From the NCBI GenBank assembly GCA_012295275.1, contig CM022670.1, positions 40,362,001 to 40,426,000 on the forward strand: DNA of 64,000 nucleotides. Direction: 5' to 3'. This document shows, piece after piece, positions 14,606 to 39,000 of the stretch. The notes beneath the pieces are model-generated. The model made no database searches and had not been told where the DNA came from. It saw only the letters and a program-made list of their open reading frames with translations. The position numbers were made by a program, and so were the translations under genes. Origin of the DNA: Chrysomallon squamiferum (taxonomy: Eukaryota > Animalia > Mollusca). Numbering within the stretch: the stretch's first letter is position 1; each line of letters starts with the position of its first letter.

Positions 14606-14762
14606 TATTTATAAAAGGATTACTCCCTATCGTTATGGCAACCGATCAAAACAGCTTGTCATTGATTTGTTGACCCAATAATATACCATTAAGACGCGCA
14701 CTCCAGGTACTCGTTCAGTTGACAGGTTGCCAGTGTCCATTGCTTGTTAAATTTTGTTCCAG
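14606..14762 (+). promoter_or_regulatory. CAPSL promoter and non-coding first exon with TATA-like box and RFX X-box
   Basis: TATAAAA at 14610-14616; ATCGTTATGGCAAC at 14629-14642 fits X-box consensus RYYNYYATRRNRAC; splice donor AG|GTATGT at 14762/14763; acceptor TTTCAG before 14878. Confidence 0.55.
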
Positions 14763-14887
14763 GTATGTAATTATGCAATACAACATTTTAAAAATATTGG
14801 CACATGCTTTATAAATCACATTAGTACCGAGCTGTCACCACTGAACCGACTGATATACATATTTAATTTGTTTCAGCTTTCGACTAG

Positions 14888-24939
<10,052 letters not shown>

Positions 24940-26551
24940 ATTGGAGAAAAAAAATAAAAAGAAGAAAAAAATAAAAATCACAATGTATTTTACAGCTAGT
25001 ATCATAAAAAAGCTGGATGAAGCTTCAAGTCAGAAGTCACAACACAGTGATAATCATGTAATCTTCTAAAAAATGCTCCATGAACAATTCTTTGCTACGT
25101 TCAAGCTCTCTTTGGTGTTTGCTTTGTGCAAATTATCTATTATGTTTATTATATTGTTATTTATTGTTGTTACAGCACTTTATTAAAATGTTTAATACTG
25201 TATGGGTATTTTTTTATAAACTTCATATGAAAACAACTCATACAGAATGTTGGTTTAAAACAATAATTTAGTTCAAATTTTGTTCTGCCTGACAAAAAAC
25301 AGGGTTTTTCAGTACAAATATTTCAAATATTATATCTTCTCAGAACCTGTGACTAATAAAGTTTAATATTTTCTGAAAGCCAAGGAGAAACAGTCACACT
25401 GTTTAATGGAATAATTACAATTTGCCATGTATCATCTGTACGCTTATATTTGGTGCTAGAGGTAAAGATTTTTAAAGTATGCCTTGAGTGGTAACTTTTC
25501 ATTCATTTTAAACTCTACACAAATGTTTCCAAATTTAATTTATAAAAGAATAATTAGTTTGTTATAATTCAATATTGCATTATATTAAATCCAGAATGTT
25601 ATTTTTAGCTTTTCATGTTAGTTAACCATGTCCAGTTTGAGGTAACAATATTTATTTAAAAAAAAAAATTCTAGAAAATAAAAGTTATTTTACACTATAG
25701 ATTTGGTTATTTTGTTTGAAAGATAAACAATCAAACATAAAGGGTTAATGATATGACTGATAAAATGGCAGTCTTTTTATTTTTTGTTGTAATTATTGAG
25801 AAATGTTTGTTAATGATTTAATGGTGTGTAATTAGGTGTTAGGAGGATGAGTGAATTGACAGATTTAGCTCTGAAGTATAGAAAATAATAAAATACAGTC
25901 ATCTATTAAGCTGAGTAAAATGCCATTTATTCAGAAACTGACACAATAGACTAAATTCATACAACTAGTCTAATTCTTTTCATGGAAAACTAACTGTTCT
26001 TACAAAACCATTTGTACATCAAAACATTCAAATTTATGAAATGTAAAGATTAATAGATTTTTACAATATATGACATTCATTGTTAACATGCTGCAGTTAT
26101 TTATGCCCCACAGTTATCATGGTTTATAAGAAAATGTAGATTATATTTTTCAGAATAAAACTGAAGACTTTTAAACCTGCACTTCACTGAATTGCTCCCA
26201 CTAAGAAACTATACGTCAGTCTCAAATCTTAGGCAAACTAAGTCAGCAAAAATAACCACTTAGAAGATATTATGATCAACATAACAACAACAATAATAAT
26301 GTAACAGATATATTCAGCATGAAGCATATGTGAATAAAAAAAAATAAATAAATAAAAAAAAGAACAGAAATTTCATTGATGATATTTTAAGCACTGACAT
26401 AATTACTTTCAGCACAGAGTTGTGTCGAATGAAGCTAAAATGAAATGATTTTCACTATAAATAAATAGAATATGGTTGGCAAAATACAGAGTGGAGTCAT
26501 CTTGAATAGCTTCTCTCCTGAATCTTGCATGCACTTCAAACTGTTTAAGTC

Positions 26552-29500
26552 TTAGTCTGAGAGATCATTGAAACTGAAAAATGCTAATCTGGCCTCTTCA
26601 TTTCTTAGATTCTTCAGACTATATGGATTACCTAAAAAATAATAATATAAAATAAATAATGGCTGGTATATGATGCCTAAATTACAAAAAAATTCTACTG
26701 AGTATGAATTATGTTAAAAACAAGAAGGATGTGTAATTAAAATATTTTTATGGCACATTAATATAATAATAATAATAATAACAGAAATGAATAATAAACA
26801 AATTTTCCTATGAAAAAGATAACACTAAATACCAACATGTTCACATACACAAAACAAGTTGAAAACAGAACAATCAGATTAAGAAAACCAAATTTTAAAA
26901 TTAATTATACACACCTTTTGGTACAAAGAAATGATTTCCTGTTTCTACGATGCAAGTCCCTCGATGAATGGTGACAGAAATCTTTCCATATATTACACAG
27001 AAACACTAGAGGAAAAATATATGAGTGTACAAACACAGACAGACACACACACTGATAAAACATGAACACTAAATTAATAGTAATTAAAATATGCATGCAA
27101 AACACTATAATTACTGAAATTATACCAAGATAATCAAAAATGATTACTAATATTAAACAAAAATAAAAGTAATTTGATTACTTCTAGTAAATTTTTTATT
27201 AAATGTTTTATTTTTTTATTTTTCGTAATATAATATATAAAGGAAGTGAACACAAAAAATCATAATAATAATTTGTAATGAAATGAACATCAATGAAAAC
27301 AACAGTTACAAAAAAAAATAAAAAAATAAAATATATATATATAATAAAAAAAACAAAAAACAATAATAATAATAATAATAAAAAAAAAAAAATAACAACA
27401 ATAATAATGAAATGCTTACCAACATCTTGCTGGCTACAATTTGAGGTGGTTTCTCAGCCAGAGGAAAAAGAATCATGTTTCCAGAGTTTACTAACGACTG
27501 CAGTATAGCATGACTTATTTGGAAGGCAGGATTTTCTTTACCATCATCGTCATCATCATCGTTTGGAAACACAGTCTCAAAATTTTCATTCTTAGCAAAA
27601 CAGCCTGTAATTATATTTGTTCACACTTCATTACAAAAATGTATCTTGAGTATTATGCAAAAGAAAGTTTGTTACTATACATTTTTTGGTGTGTTTTTGT
27701 TTTGTTAGAAACACAGTCATGTTTATCATACAAACTGCAATAATGAATTAAAAAACAAAAATTATTCATTTTTAAAGTTATCAGATGTTTCAAAACAACT
27801 AAAACACTGATAAAGTTTTTTCGTAGCAAAAATAATTCATACCTAAATATGAAGTAGTTAATTTTGTATTTAATCAAAACAAAATCATAAATTCAAATTT
27901 TTTTCATTATAAACGTACGTAGCATCGTCTCTTTCTGACTGTCTGCGCTGATGACTGGAACCTCAGAGCCGCAGGTGAGGTCAAGGTCATCGGGAAGATT
28001 CACATGCACAGACAGGTTTACTGGGTGGAGCAGTCGACCTTTGGACAACCTTCGTAGACCTGCAAACAACCACAAAACCCTAAACATTCATTTCATTAAA
28101 CACGGGCAAACAGTAATTTGTCGTCTATCAACATGGTGAGATTTTAATTATAAAGAAACAGGATTTTGACACAACTTTATTTTCGTTAAAATCTTAAGTC
28201 CTGTTTTTTTTTTAAATTATTATTACTAACCTTTTGGTCTCTTTAACCTCCGAACTTTTTGTTTTTGTAGATACTTCTGTTCAAGTGATGGCTGTATGCC
28301 CATTACAACACACCCTGAGAAAACAAAATAAGTGTGGGTTTTTTCTCATAAAAATCTTCTCTCAAAGAACATCACATTTATTTTCTTCCAAATACAAAGC
28401 AAGCATAACTATTGTCTTAGAAACACTACTTTTTGATACATTTTTTTCTGTGATGATAAAAAATCCAACAAATCCATCCATTACTTCCAGTGGATCTGAT
28501 AAATCAAAAATCAGAGAAAGATTCGGTGTAACAAATAACTACTCTTTTCTGTGAATTCGTATTTTTAAATGATTGTTTCAACCACAAAATGTACAAATAG
28601 GAAATGTAATTACCAGATTTTCTCCTGTCGTAGATAACTCTCTCATTTTTGTACCATTCTAAAGTCTGAACTCTCGTTCTCTTTGACCTACGCAGGCCCT
28701 GCGGAGGGGATTTTGGAAAAACTGGAAAAAAAATAACATCCAAAAATAATGTTTTAAAATTATTAAATATGTATATATCTGTGGTGATTATATACTAAAA
28801 AGTTTTCCAAAGTTTTTTTAAAATTTTATATTAGCTTAGAAAGAAAAGAGTTCACAGAAAAAATTAAAATCCATGTCTTAATAGAAATGACTGCAACAAT
28901 TGGCTCAGTGCTGATTAAAACAGGTCTTAAAGAAAGAAAAAGAGATAAAGAGAGAGATAGAGACAGGGAAATGTATAAAAATGTTTGACATTATTAAATA
29001 TTTTGATAAATATAACATACTTATTTTAGCTTTCTTTGGTTCTTTAATACTTTGGGGAGTTGCAGATGTGGTGACTTCTGCAAAATGTACAATACTTTCA
29101 GTACAGGAGTCGTCCTTCTCTGGAGCTGAATTTGAGGAGACATTGTCTGAAATAATAAAACATCACTGAATGAAGTAGGACTTACTAATCATATCATATC
29201 AAAAAAATGTTACATAATGACATATAAGTATTTGGGTATGCAAGATTCTATAGTGATGTTAAAATATTTCAGGTGAGGTAAACCAAACTTTCATGTGAGT
29301 AACTTCGCCATGCAATTGTGTCTTTTTTAAAACTGAATCCATGTGTCTACAATATTTTGTTCACTTGTAATTTTTTCCTAAGAAACTCCTCAAGATATCT
29401 TTGGTATATGACACATTAACATGATTAAGTACTGACTTTTAATTTCTTTTTAATAAATTTAAAAAAGAAATTCGAGAGATTAGGAGAAAAATTAAAATAA

Positions 29501-31280
29501 AGCAAAATAATAAATCATAAAAATGTAAGAATAAAGACAAAATGCAATTAACAATGTTCACAATGAAAAAATATTTTGCTTCTTTATATATTAAAAAAAA
29601 GAAATGAGAAATACCTGTAGGAGGACTGAAGTTCTCCAGTGTTTTGTTTATTGTAACACGTCTGTTCCTCTTCTCTGTGGACATTACACTTCCTTCTTGT
29701 ACAAGACAAGATGTTAATCTTCTGTGCGGCAAAGTCTTCTTCACACTCTGCTTTTCTGTCAACACAAACAAATTTTTCTCTTAACAATCATGATGGATGT
29801 ATCATTTTCATTGTTTTGAAAGGAAAAAATCTGATTTTACTTGACACTAACGTCAGAACAAAAAAATAAAATAAAATAAAATTGGATAAAAAAAAAATAA
29901 AACACTATCACTACTTTTTTTTTTAAAATACCACTGCTGATTAAGGATAACTCTAGAAAATTAATGATCTAACCTTTTGTTTTTGAAGAATTTGGCAAAG
30001 TTGTTTGAGAAATGTGACGATCTGATATGCCACTTTGTGGCATCTCCAAAGGCATAGTCATTGCTTGTCGAATAGAATCATGAATACTCCCTGTAAAGAT
30101 ACACAAACACACAGCTGAACCAAAAACTAAGTCATTGTCAGATCATCTGAAAATCTAAATTTATATTTAAGTATCTGCATTCAAACACTCATATGCATAA
30201 AATTAGGAAAGAAAAGAAAGAGATATCAAAAAAGAAAATAATATTTATATATATAGATGTGATTCTGCCAATTTATCAATTCTAAATTTTAGATATTAAA
30301 AACTGATATTTAAATTTTTGAATTTAGAAGAAACAACAATGGAAACATATTAACTGGCTGACATTACAGACCCAGTGGATTTCTATTTTAAAAAAAAGCT
30401 GTTTTCCATTTCATGTTATTGTAAATTCTGTTTCATTTCCATTTCAATAATAAATTATGTAATCAAAAGCTAAAATATAAAATCATTTCTTATGTCCTTT
30501 GACTTTATCATGGTACTGAATGTGCTTTACTTGTAGTGTTTAGTGAAATATTTACACAATTGTAATTAAAACACAACCGATTCCTGTTGAAACAGTGATG
30601 TACAGACTGGCCATAAAGTGATACCATCACATAGGTTTGCATCGGTGTAATGAAAAGTAGGCATTAGATGTGAAAGGTGGCATGAGGGTCAAAGACCATA
30701 ATTAAAACAACTAACTGTAATAAAACACAGATTGACAACTAAGTAAACACAGTGGTTTATTAAAGGTTTTCAGGGCTGATGAAACTTCACTTAAACCATT
30801 TATTTTTCTCACTGCTTCTAACAGTCTAGCATCATCTGCAAGGTGAATTATCAAGTATCCCAACAGCGCAGAGCATTTGACATTAATAAATAAACTTACA
30901 AAAAGGAAAGATTAAAAAACAAGATAGTAAAATGGTAATTATTTTTTGACTTCGGTGAAAATTAAAATTCTGTTTCGAAATATGATTTCTGTTTCACTAC
31001 ATGATTCCATGAATTCTGTCCATTTACTGTGATCGCGGATAATTACTGGGTCCACACATTCAAAAAGATTATAATATATTATTCAGTTTATTGACTTACT
31101 TTCTGGCAATTGACAGGCTTCAGGATAATTTGGACTATCAAGAAAAGATGGTCTTGCATCTGTAAGAATAATAAGAATTATATAATTTTAAAAATCTGAA
31201 TCATTCTAGATGTTTTTAATTTTATAAAAAAAAATCAAAAATCAAGAAAACCTGAATAAAATGAATGTGATGTCAGTTTT

Positions 31281-31320
<40 letters not shown>

Positions 31321-33051
31321 CAAAGAATTATACATATTTTCATCTCAATAATGTACAGTTAAACAAAAAATTGAAGAGGTTGACAAACCTTTCTGTTTCC
31401 TAATATTTTTTTTCTTTTGTGATTTCTTGTTTGTATGTTTGGATTTTTGTTTCAAAGCCTCACCTCTGGTACTCTTATGTGCTGTGTCAGTTTTCTGAAC
31501 ATCACCACTAACACTATAATCCAAGGGTGACTTGCTCAGCTGGTGACTTCTGTTCCTTATCTCTCCAGTCTTTTCAAGACCTGGAGTCACATTCTTTTCT
31601 GATTTGGAGTATCTTCTTTTCCTCTTCTGAGGTTTGGCTATCTTCCCAGTAGATGGTGGACTTGTAACATCAGCACAAATATCATTTTTAGACAATTTCT
31701 CAGTTTCTGAACAACTATCTTGTTTATCATCTTTCTTTTTTGTAATTTTTTTGGATTTTTACCAGTAACGGCACTGACCGAATGTCTCTGATTGGACCCA
31801 GAAGAACTGGAATCTTTATGATGTTTATCTCCAGAACTGAAACGGATGTCACTATCTTGTTCATCATCATCATCAGTGGTTGCGTTTTTCGTTTTAGTTT
31901 CATCTTCTTCATTTTCAGCCAGTTCCTTGTTTTTCATTTTCTTTGATTTATTTTTAGATGTCTTATTTTTTTTCTTGCTCTTCTCCACACTGCTGGTTTC
32001 AGATTCTGAAGACTTTTTATTCTTAACGTTTTCTTTAGGTCTGACCTCGACAATTTCTGTACCACTTTTAGAATTTTTTCTTTTCACATTTGTTTCATCA
32101 TCTTGATTCTGTGATTTTATTTTAGTTTTAGTTTTATCACTCAAGGAATTACTTCTCTTTTTACTCTGCTTGGCTTTATTAGATTTACTTGTTTTGGTTT
32201 TCTTGACAGCAACAACATCACTGTCTGTTAACGAGAAATCGTCAATGTCGTCTTCTTCTGAAATCGGTACATGGCTGCTGTTTGCACTTTTATGTGACAG
32301 ACAGACGAACTCATTGCACTCTGCTTCAGATGAATTGAGAAAGTCACTTAACTTGTTTTTATTCTGAAGTGTTTTCCTGACAGTAAGAAAAAACAATTAA
32401 AATAAATCAATTAATTAATAAACCCCCTAAATAAACAACAACTCAAAAACCATATATATTAATAAATAAAAATAAAATATACTGTCATAACATATAATGG
32501 TATCAAAGATTAACATTAACATATCATTTTCCTATAACAGCTGTAGAAAAAAAGAGGAAATAGTCTATTAAACATGAAATGTTAAAAAATCTTCAGATGA
32601 GAGCAATGTTAAAAGAGGAAATTTGCAATTTGCAAGAGTAAGAAATACCTTCATGCCTAATTGAACTAATTCAACAATTAATAGTAAACAAGGAAATGTA
32701 ATCTTACTTGTTTTCATATTTCTTCTTCTTCTTTTGTAAACTTGTATCATGCACCAAAGAATAAGAAAGTCTGAAATAGATATACATAAAATATTAGTTT
32801 TATCTAACATTCATTCATTTTCATATTAATTCCAACCTGTTTTAATTTGAATTTTTCTGTTATTTTATCTAAATAATATAAAAACTGCTGCCAATTTTTA
32901 AAAATATCTCTTAATTAAATAATGTTTAAGAAAAAAAATAAAAAAAATAAAACAATGTACAAAACGTGTCACTAAAATATGGTCAGTGTCAGTTTTATAT
33001 GTAATTATGTTAAAAATATAAATAAGATGAACAGCACAGATTATATTATAT

Positions 33052-33095
<44 letters not shown>

Positions 33096-36000
33096 TTTTC
33101 CTTGTTTTGAAGCTCAGCATTGGTGTTGGATCAGTTAAATGTGAAATGGGATCTTCAGGTTTGGTTATTGATCCAGTCACATCACCTCCGATGTGAAGTT
33201 TAGAAACTGGAGAATCTGACTTGAATGTTGCTGTGTCTGAAACCAGTCTGTCAGGGTCTGCTTCATTCCCAGTGTCAGCTGCTCCAGCAGCCTCTGCTAC
33301 ATTCACACCTTCACCTTCACTCTCATCATTAACACCTTGCACAGACGCTGACGTAGATTTTTTAGAAATATTCCCGGTAGTGATATTTATGTTAACAACT
33401 GAGGCAGAAGATTTGGACCTCTTCCGAACAGCTTCATTAACAGATACACTGCCACGTTTAGAATCATTTTCTTTTTGCTGGGAAGATTTTCTGTTATTAT
33501 CATCCTGTTTCCTAACAGACTTTCTACCAGTCTTACTTTTCCCTTTCGTCAGATCACTTTCTGTATCATTTATAAGAAATACACTGCCATTATTAGAACT
33601 CTTTTCAGTTTCAGTTTCTTTCTGCTGGGAAGATTTTCTGTTATTATCAGTCTGTTTCCTAACAGACTTTCTACCAATCTTACTTCTCCCTATCGTCACA
33701 TCACTTTCTGTATCATTAATAAGAAATTCAGGAACAGAACATATGGTAGATTTCCTAGACACACCTCCTGCTTTTTTATTTTCCGTACCCCTTTTTTCTG
33801 ATAAAAGATTTTTTACCACATGTTCATTATTGTTTGTTTGAACTTTCTGATTTGTATCTGATTTGTTATCTTTCTTTGCAGACTTTTCTTTTGTTGTCTT
33901 TGTCAGTTCAGGAAGTTTTTCTTCTGCTGTTTTATTCATTCCCTTTTTGTCAGACATTTCCTTGTTTGTAACTTCATTATTATTTTTTTTTTTTAAAGAA
34001 TTTCCAGTCAAATCATTGCCTTCCTCATTGTTGATGCTTTCTCTCGAAGATTTTGTTTGAAGATTTTTCAGTGATCCTTTTTTTATGACAGATGCTCCAC
34101 TTTGATGAGATGATACCTGTGACAATTCAGAAGTTTTTTTAATCTTCGAACTCTTTTGCACTGACAACGAAGTTTTGTTGTAAGACGACACTTCATGATC
34201 TTGGTGTGATTGATTAAGATGTTTAATAGAATGCGAACTGTTTAAAGCTTTTTCTTTCTGGGCAGTGTTTTTTTCCACTGAGTTCAATGAGTTACTCTGT
34301 ACTGATTTATTAAGGAAGCTTCTTGTTAACATTCTACCACTGTTTGAAGACTGTAATGTTTTGTTTTTTATGCCAGATGTTTCTAATGTTTGTGAAAGAT
34401 GTTTTATCTGTCAAAAAAGAAAAACATAAATAAGACTATTACTGAGCATAATATCTTCACAGAGTCATGATTTAATTTAATAAATGTTTAAGAAGTAATA
34501 TAAAATAAAGAAATAATAATAATAATAATAAATGAAAACAATTTACATTATTTTTATGTTCTTAATACATTGTAATTCTTTTATTTTTGTGTTCTTATTT
34601 GGGGCATCTCTATATCACACATAAATCAACTATCTGACTATATATAGAGTTTAAAATGGCTTCTCTCCCCCTTTTCAGGAACCAACCATTTTAACATATC
34701 TAATTTCTGAATTTGTAGATAACATTGCTGTGCTTAAATAACAGATAACAAAATGTATTTAGTGTAACACTAATTACCTGTGATGTTTCTGAATCTGTAT
34801 TCTGTTCTGGTTGTGGTGGAACATGAGAAGATCTGGTTTCACTGTGGCATTCTCTAACAACATCCTCACTCTCAGGATGACCTGAATGTTCACTGTCATC
34901 ACCAGAAGAGGGAACAGTTTCAGTATCTACCTGTACATGTTTATTTTTTGATGTGTTGGTATCAGAATTTGCAGGTTCATGTCTCAGAGACAAAAAACAT
35001 TCTTGTCCACTTCTATTCACACTTACATTGGTTTTGTTTTTGTTCTTTTGGTTATCCAAACTGTTGACTGATCTGTCTTCAGTGTCTTCATCTCCTTCAC
35101 AACTGGATGAAACTTTTTCATGTCCTTGCTTGTACTGGATGTTTGAATTATCTACATCCTTCTTCTCATCACTGGCTGTTTTAGCTGTGTATGGGGCTTC
35201 CTGTTCACTTGCTGGGCCTGAGGCATATGCAACTCCTTCTTGCTCACTTGCTGGGCCTGAGGCATATGTAACTCCTTCTTGCTCACTTGCTGGGCCAGAA
35301 GCATATGTAACTCCTTCTTGCTCACTTGCTGTTCCTGAGGCACTTGAATCTTCTTCCTGCTCACTTGTCAGACCTGAAGCAGATGTCGTTTCTTCTTTCC
35401 CTCGTGTTGGGCCTGTGGCACCTGTGACCTCCTGTTCACTTCCTGTGCTTGACACATCAGTAGCTTTGTGCTCCTTTCTAACTCTGGAGACATCTGTGAT
35501 TTTCTCCTTTGTGTGTACCACATCGTCACTGACGTCTGGCTCAGGTGAACAGCTTGAGGAACACACGTTCTTGTTGCTATCTGAAGTGCTACAGCCTTCT
35601 GCTACACTGACTTGGTTGTTTATTGTAGATATCACATCTTCAGAACCCGACTGGATGGTTGAAAGACCACTCTCATCATCCCTTTTACGACTGACAGTGG
35701 GAATTTTATCTTCATCATCATCATCATCATCTGAGGGTAGGCGAAATGACAAAGAGATGTTAATTAAAAACAATTTACCAGTATTTTACAGAATCAAAAA
35801 AATGAAAGATCATTATTAATCAGTATTTGATAAAAAAAAATCCATTTAATTAAATATTGATAAATTTATATAAAGGCACATCTTAAAGGAATACACATAA
35901 AATCAGATTTAAACTGTCAGTTATTCATCAACATCACCAATCATAAACACATATATTTGGTCTTGGAACAATCTAATTATAAGTAATATATATGAAAGAT

Positions 36001-39000
36001 ATTAGAAACCACTGTAATGCTAACCACACTGTTCTTTATCTGTAGCACGTGACTCAGTCTCTTCAGTTTTTTCTGAGTGATCTGCTGACTCACTCCTGTA
36101 ATAGAAATAATTTCTAGAGGATATTTATATTTTAGGTATCAAAAGAATTATAGTCTTGAAACAGTTATGAAAATTTATTAAATAAAACAGTCCTTTTATC
36201 ATGAGTACAATTCTAAAAACAACTGATAATGAATGTTTGTAACATTTATTTTTATCCGATTAACTTACATTTTCTAAATATTATTCTTATTTTATTATGT
36301 ATATTCTCAACTGTATATGTATAAATTATAATAAAATTCACTACAGATATCACTTTTAGTAATTAAATAGAAAAAAGAAAGAAATTAAAAATAACTTACT
36401 CTGTCTGATCAGGATGTGAAATCTAATTTTGAAAAAAAAAAAAAAAATTTAATAATATAATATTTTAGAACAAATATTGGTATATGTACCAGTAATTTAT
36501 ATGATTAACACACATTTTACATTTTAAGTTAGGAATGATCATTCTCTTGTCAGTAAAAATGTTGCCAAAGAATCTCCTTAAAGATTTTTGTTGACAAAAA
36601 TATTTGAAACATGTAGAAGATGCAAGTCCTAAACAAACCCTTTCAGGCAAAGAATAATATTTGAAATCTTAAATTTAAACTGACAAGAAAAAATTAAATA
36701 ACACTAGAAACAATGAAGAATTGGAAGGCATACCTGTGGTATTAGGTCACTTCCTGTCTTGGTAACACAAAAACTTGACATGATACTGTCAGCTTCTGAA
36801 ATGGTTATTTCATACAAGTTATTTAATTGACGACATGAAGAAATGTTCAATAGTCTTTAATATTTTTTAATAATGTTATTTTTAAAAAAACATAGATGAT
36901 TCATTTTCTGAATAAATCACGTAAAAGAAATAAAATAATTAAATATATATATATATATAAAATTTTCATTAAAAGATCAGTTCTGTTTTAACAAACTGCA
37001 CAATTTAATATGCTATGTATTAAAATATGATTTGCTGATTATCAGCTGTACTATAGTTTCTTTTCTTTATTAATAAAATATTAAAATATTTTCACAAAAT
37101 GAAATGCCAAATGGAAAGTCTGTCTTGAATATGAAAGGTTTTTATATTTTTCAAAAGAAACATTTATTTAATAGAACAAAACTTTATTTATTTTATTTTA
37201 TTACCTGATGCTGACCAGTAATCATCAAAATTTTCAAAACCATCTTCAAATCGTCTGATATCTTTGCCAGATTTAACATCCTTTCCTGTTCGCCTTTAAA
37301 GAAATAAAATTATGTAAAAATTACGTAAATATGATAAAATATAATCTGAAACATCCAATCCAAAACATGTTCAAAAATAAAATTAAATAATTAAATAATT
37401 AAAAGATAAAAAACTCAAATTAAATAAACAAAGTTTTAATTTTGCTGTGTATACAGATCTTAGACTTCAGATTTTCTGTCAAATTTAAAAATGAAATTTT
37501 TACATAACATAAAGTGATCAGCAGAAAGCATTCTTTTACTTCATTATCCTGAAGAAACAAAAGTTCAATTTGAAAATTATAATCTTTTTTTTTTCTAACT
37601 ATGAAATTATCTAAATTAAAAATACTACCTTCCAATATGCTTTTTCTGGAAAGTATTATTTTTAGTTTTGCTCTGCAAAAGAAAAAAACAAAACAAAACA
37701 ACATTTAATTTTAAACATCACAGTAAAAACTTATTTACTGAAGTCTGTTTGCAATAGAAAAATCACCTCACTAACTAATGATAAATAATACACACAGTTT
37801 AAGCTGTATTAATAAATTATTCTGATTAAGATATACTTTATTTTAAGACATACAGAAAAGTCTTTTTTTCTACATCTTTATGTAATCAAGTGAAAAGTTA
37901 TGTGATGATCTCAAAATAAAGAAACATTTGTTACCACAATGCTGACTGACTGGCTAATACTGTGACATGTTGAGTTATCTCCTCCTGCAGCTATGTTACA
38001 GACAACGTTGTTGTTTTCTTTATTTCTCCCTTCTGATATGTCACATATTGAATCTACTTCTGCAAAATAAAAAAAAATGCTTAGTAAATAAATTTGACCA
38101 CATGAATACAAACAAATGTATCAAAGAACAAAGCATTTAATTGTATATCAAAAAATAAAAACATTTCCCACAACAAACAAATCAGGTGTGTTTGCTACAA
38201 TGGGAACTTAATTAATATTTAAAACAAACCTGATTCAGTCCAATAGTCATCAAAATTTTCATAGCCATCTTTAAATTTTCTAATCTTTTTTCCTTGCTTC
38301 ATGTCCTGACCTGTTCGACTGAAAAAGATAGTTTAGCACTTGAAAAATCTTCAGATAATATCAGAGATTTGTTTTAAAATAATCTTTTGAGTAGAGATAT
38401 TAAAATCCAAACCTATGCATACAAAATTTATTAGGAAATTAATAAAAAAACATAGGTAACAAGCTTCTTAATGTACTCAGTATTATATTATAATTAGGAT
38501 TTTAAAAAAAGGCAATTGCTGAACTGGTATTAATTGCTTATTTTAATAATTGCTGTTATGCTATCCCATTAAATTCTTTTGAGCAGATATCAGTTAGAAA
38601 TTTGTGAATACACAGCAACCAAATGTTTTTCAATATAATAAACAGTGGTTACTATAAATAATTCCTTTATTTTGAAGAAAAATGTTTTACTAGAAAGTGA
38701 TAAACTTTTTCATTCAGATTGAAAAATCATAAAAATTAAAAATATTACCGTCCAATATTCTTTTTCTTCTGGAAAGCATTATTCTTACTTTTACTCTGCA
38801 AAATAAAGAAAAACATAAGATTTAATTTTAAAAATCACAGCAAAATCCTATGTCATGCTATTTTTTAACCTTCCACAAGCAAATCACTTCCAAACTAATG
38901 ATAAATAATATGTATACATAAATATACGGTGTAAGATGTAGCAATATTAAAAAATTGTTTATTAATAACCTACAGATTGTTTTAAAACAAATTAAGAAGA

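Noticed and set aside
33221-35819. Long + strand ORFs (33221-33841, 34953-35819; also 31846-32106)
   Set aside because: Antisense shadows of low-complexity S/E/K-rich CENP-C exons, with no independent homology or splice structure.
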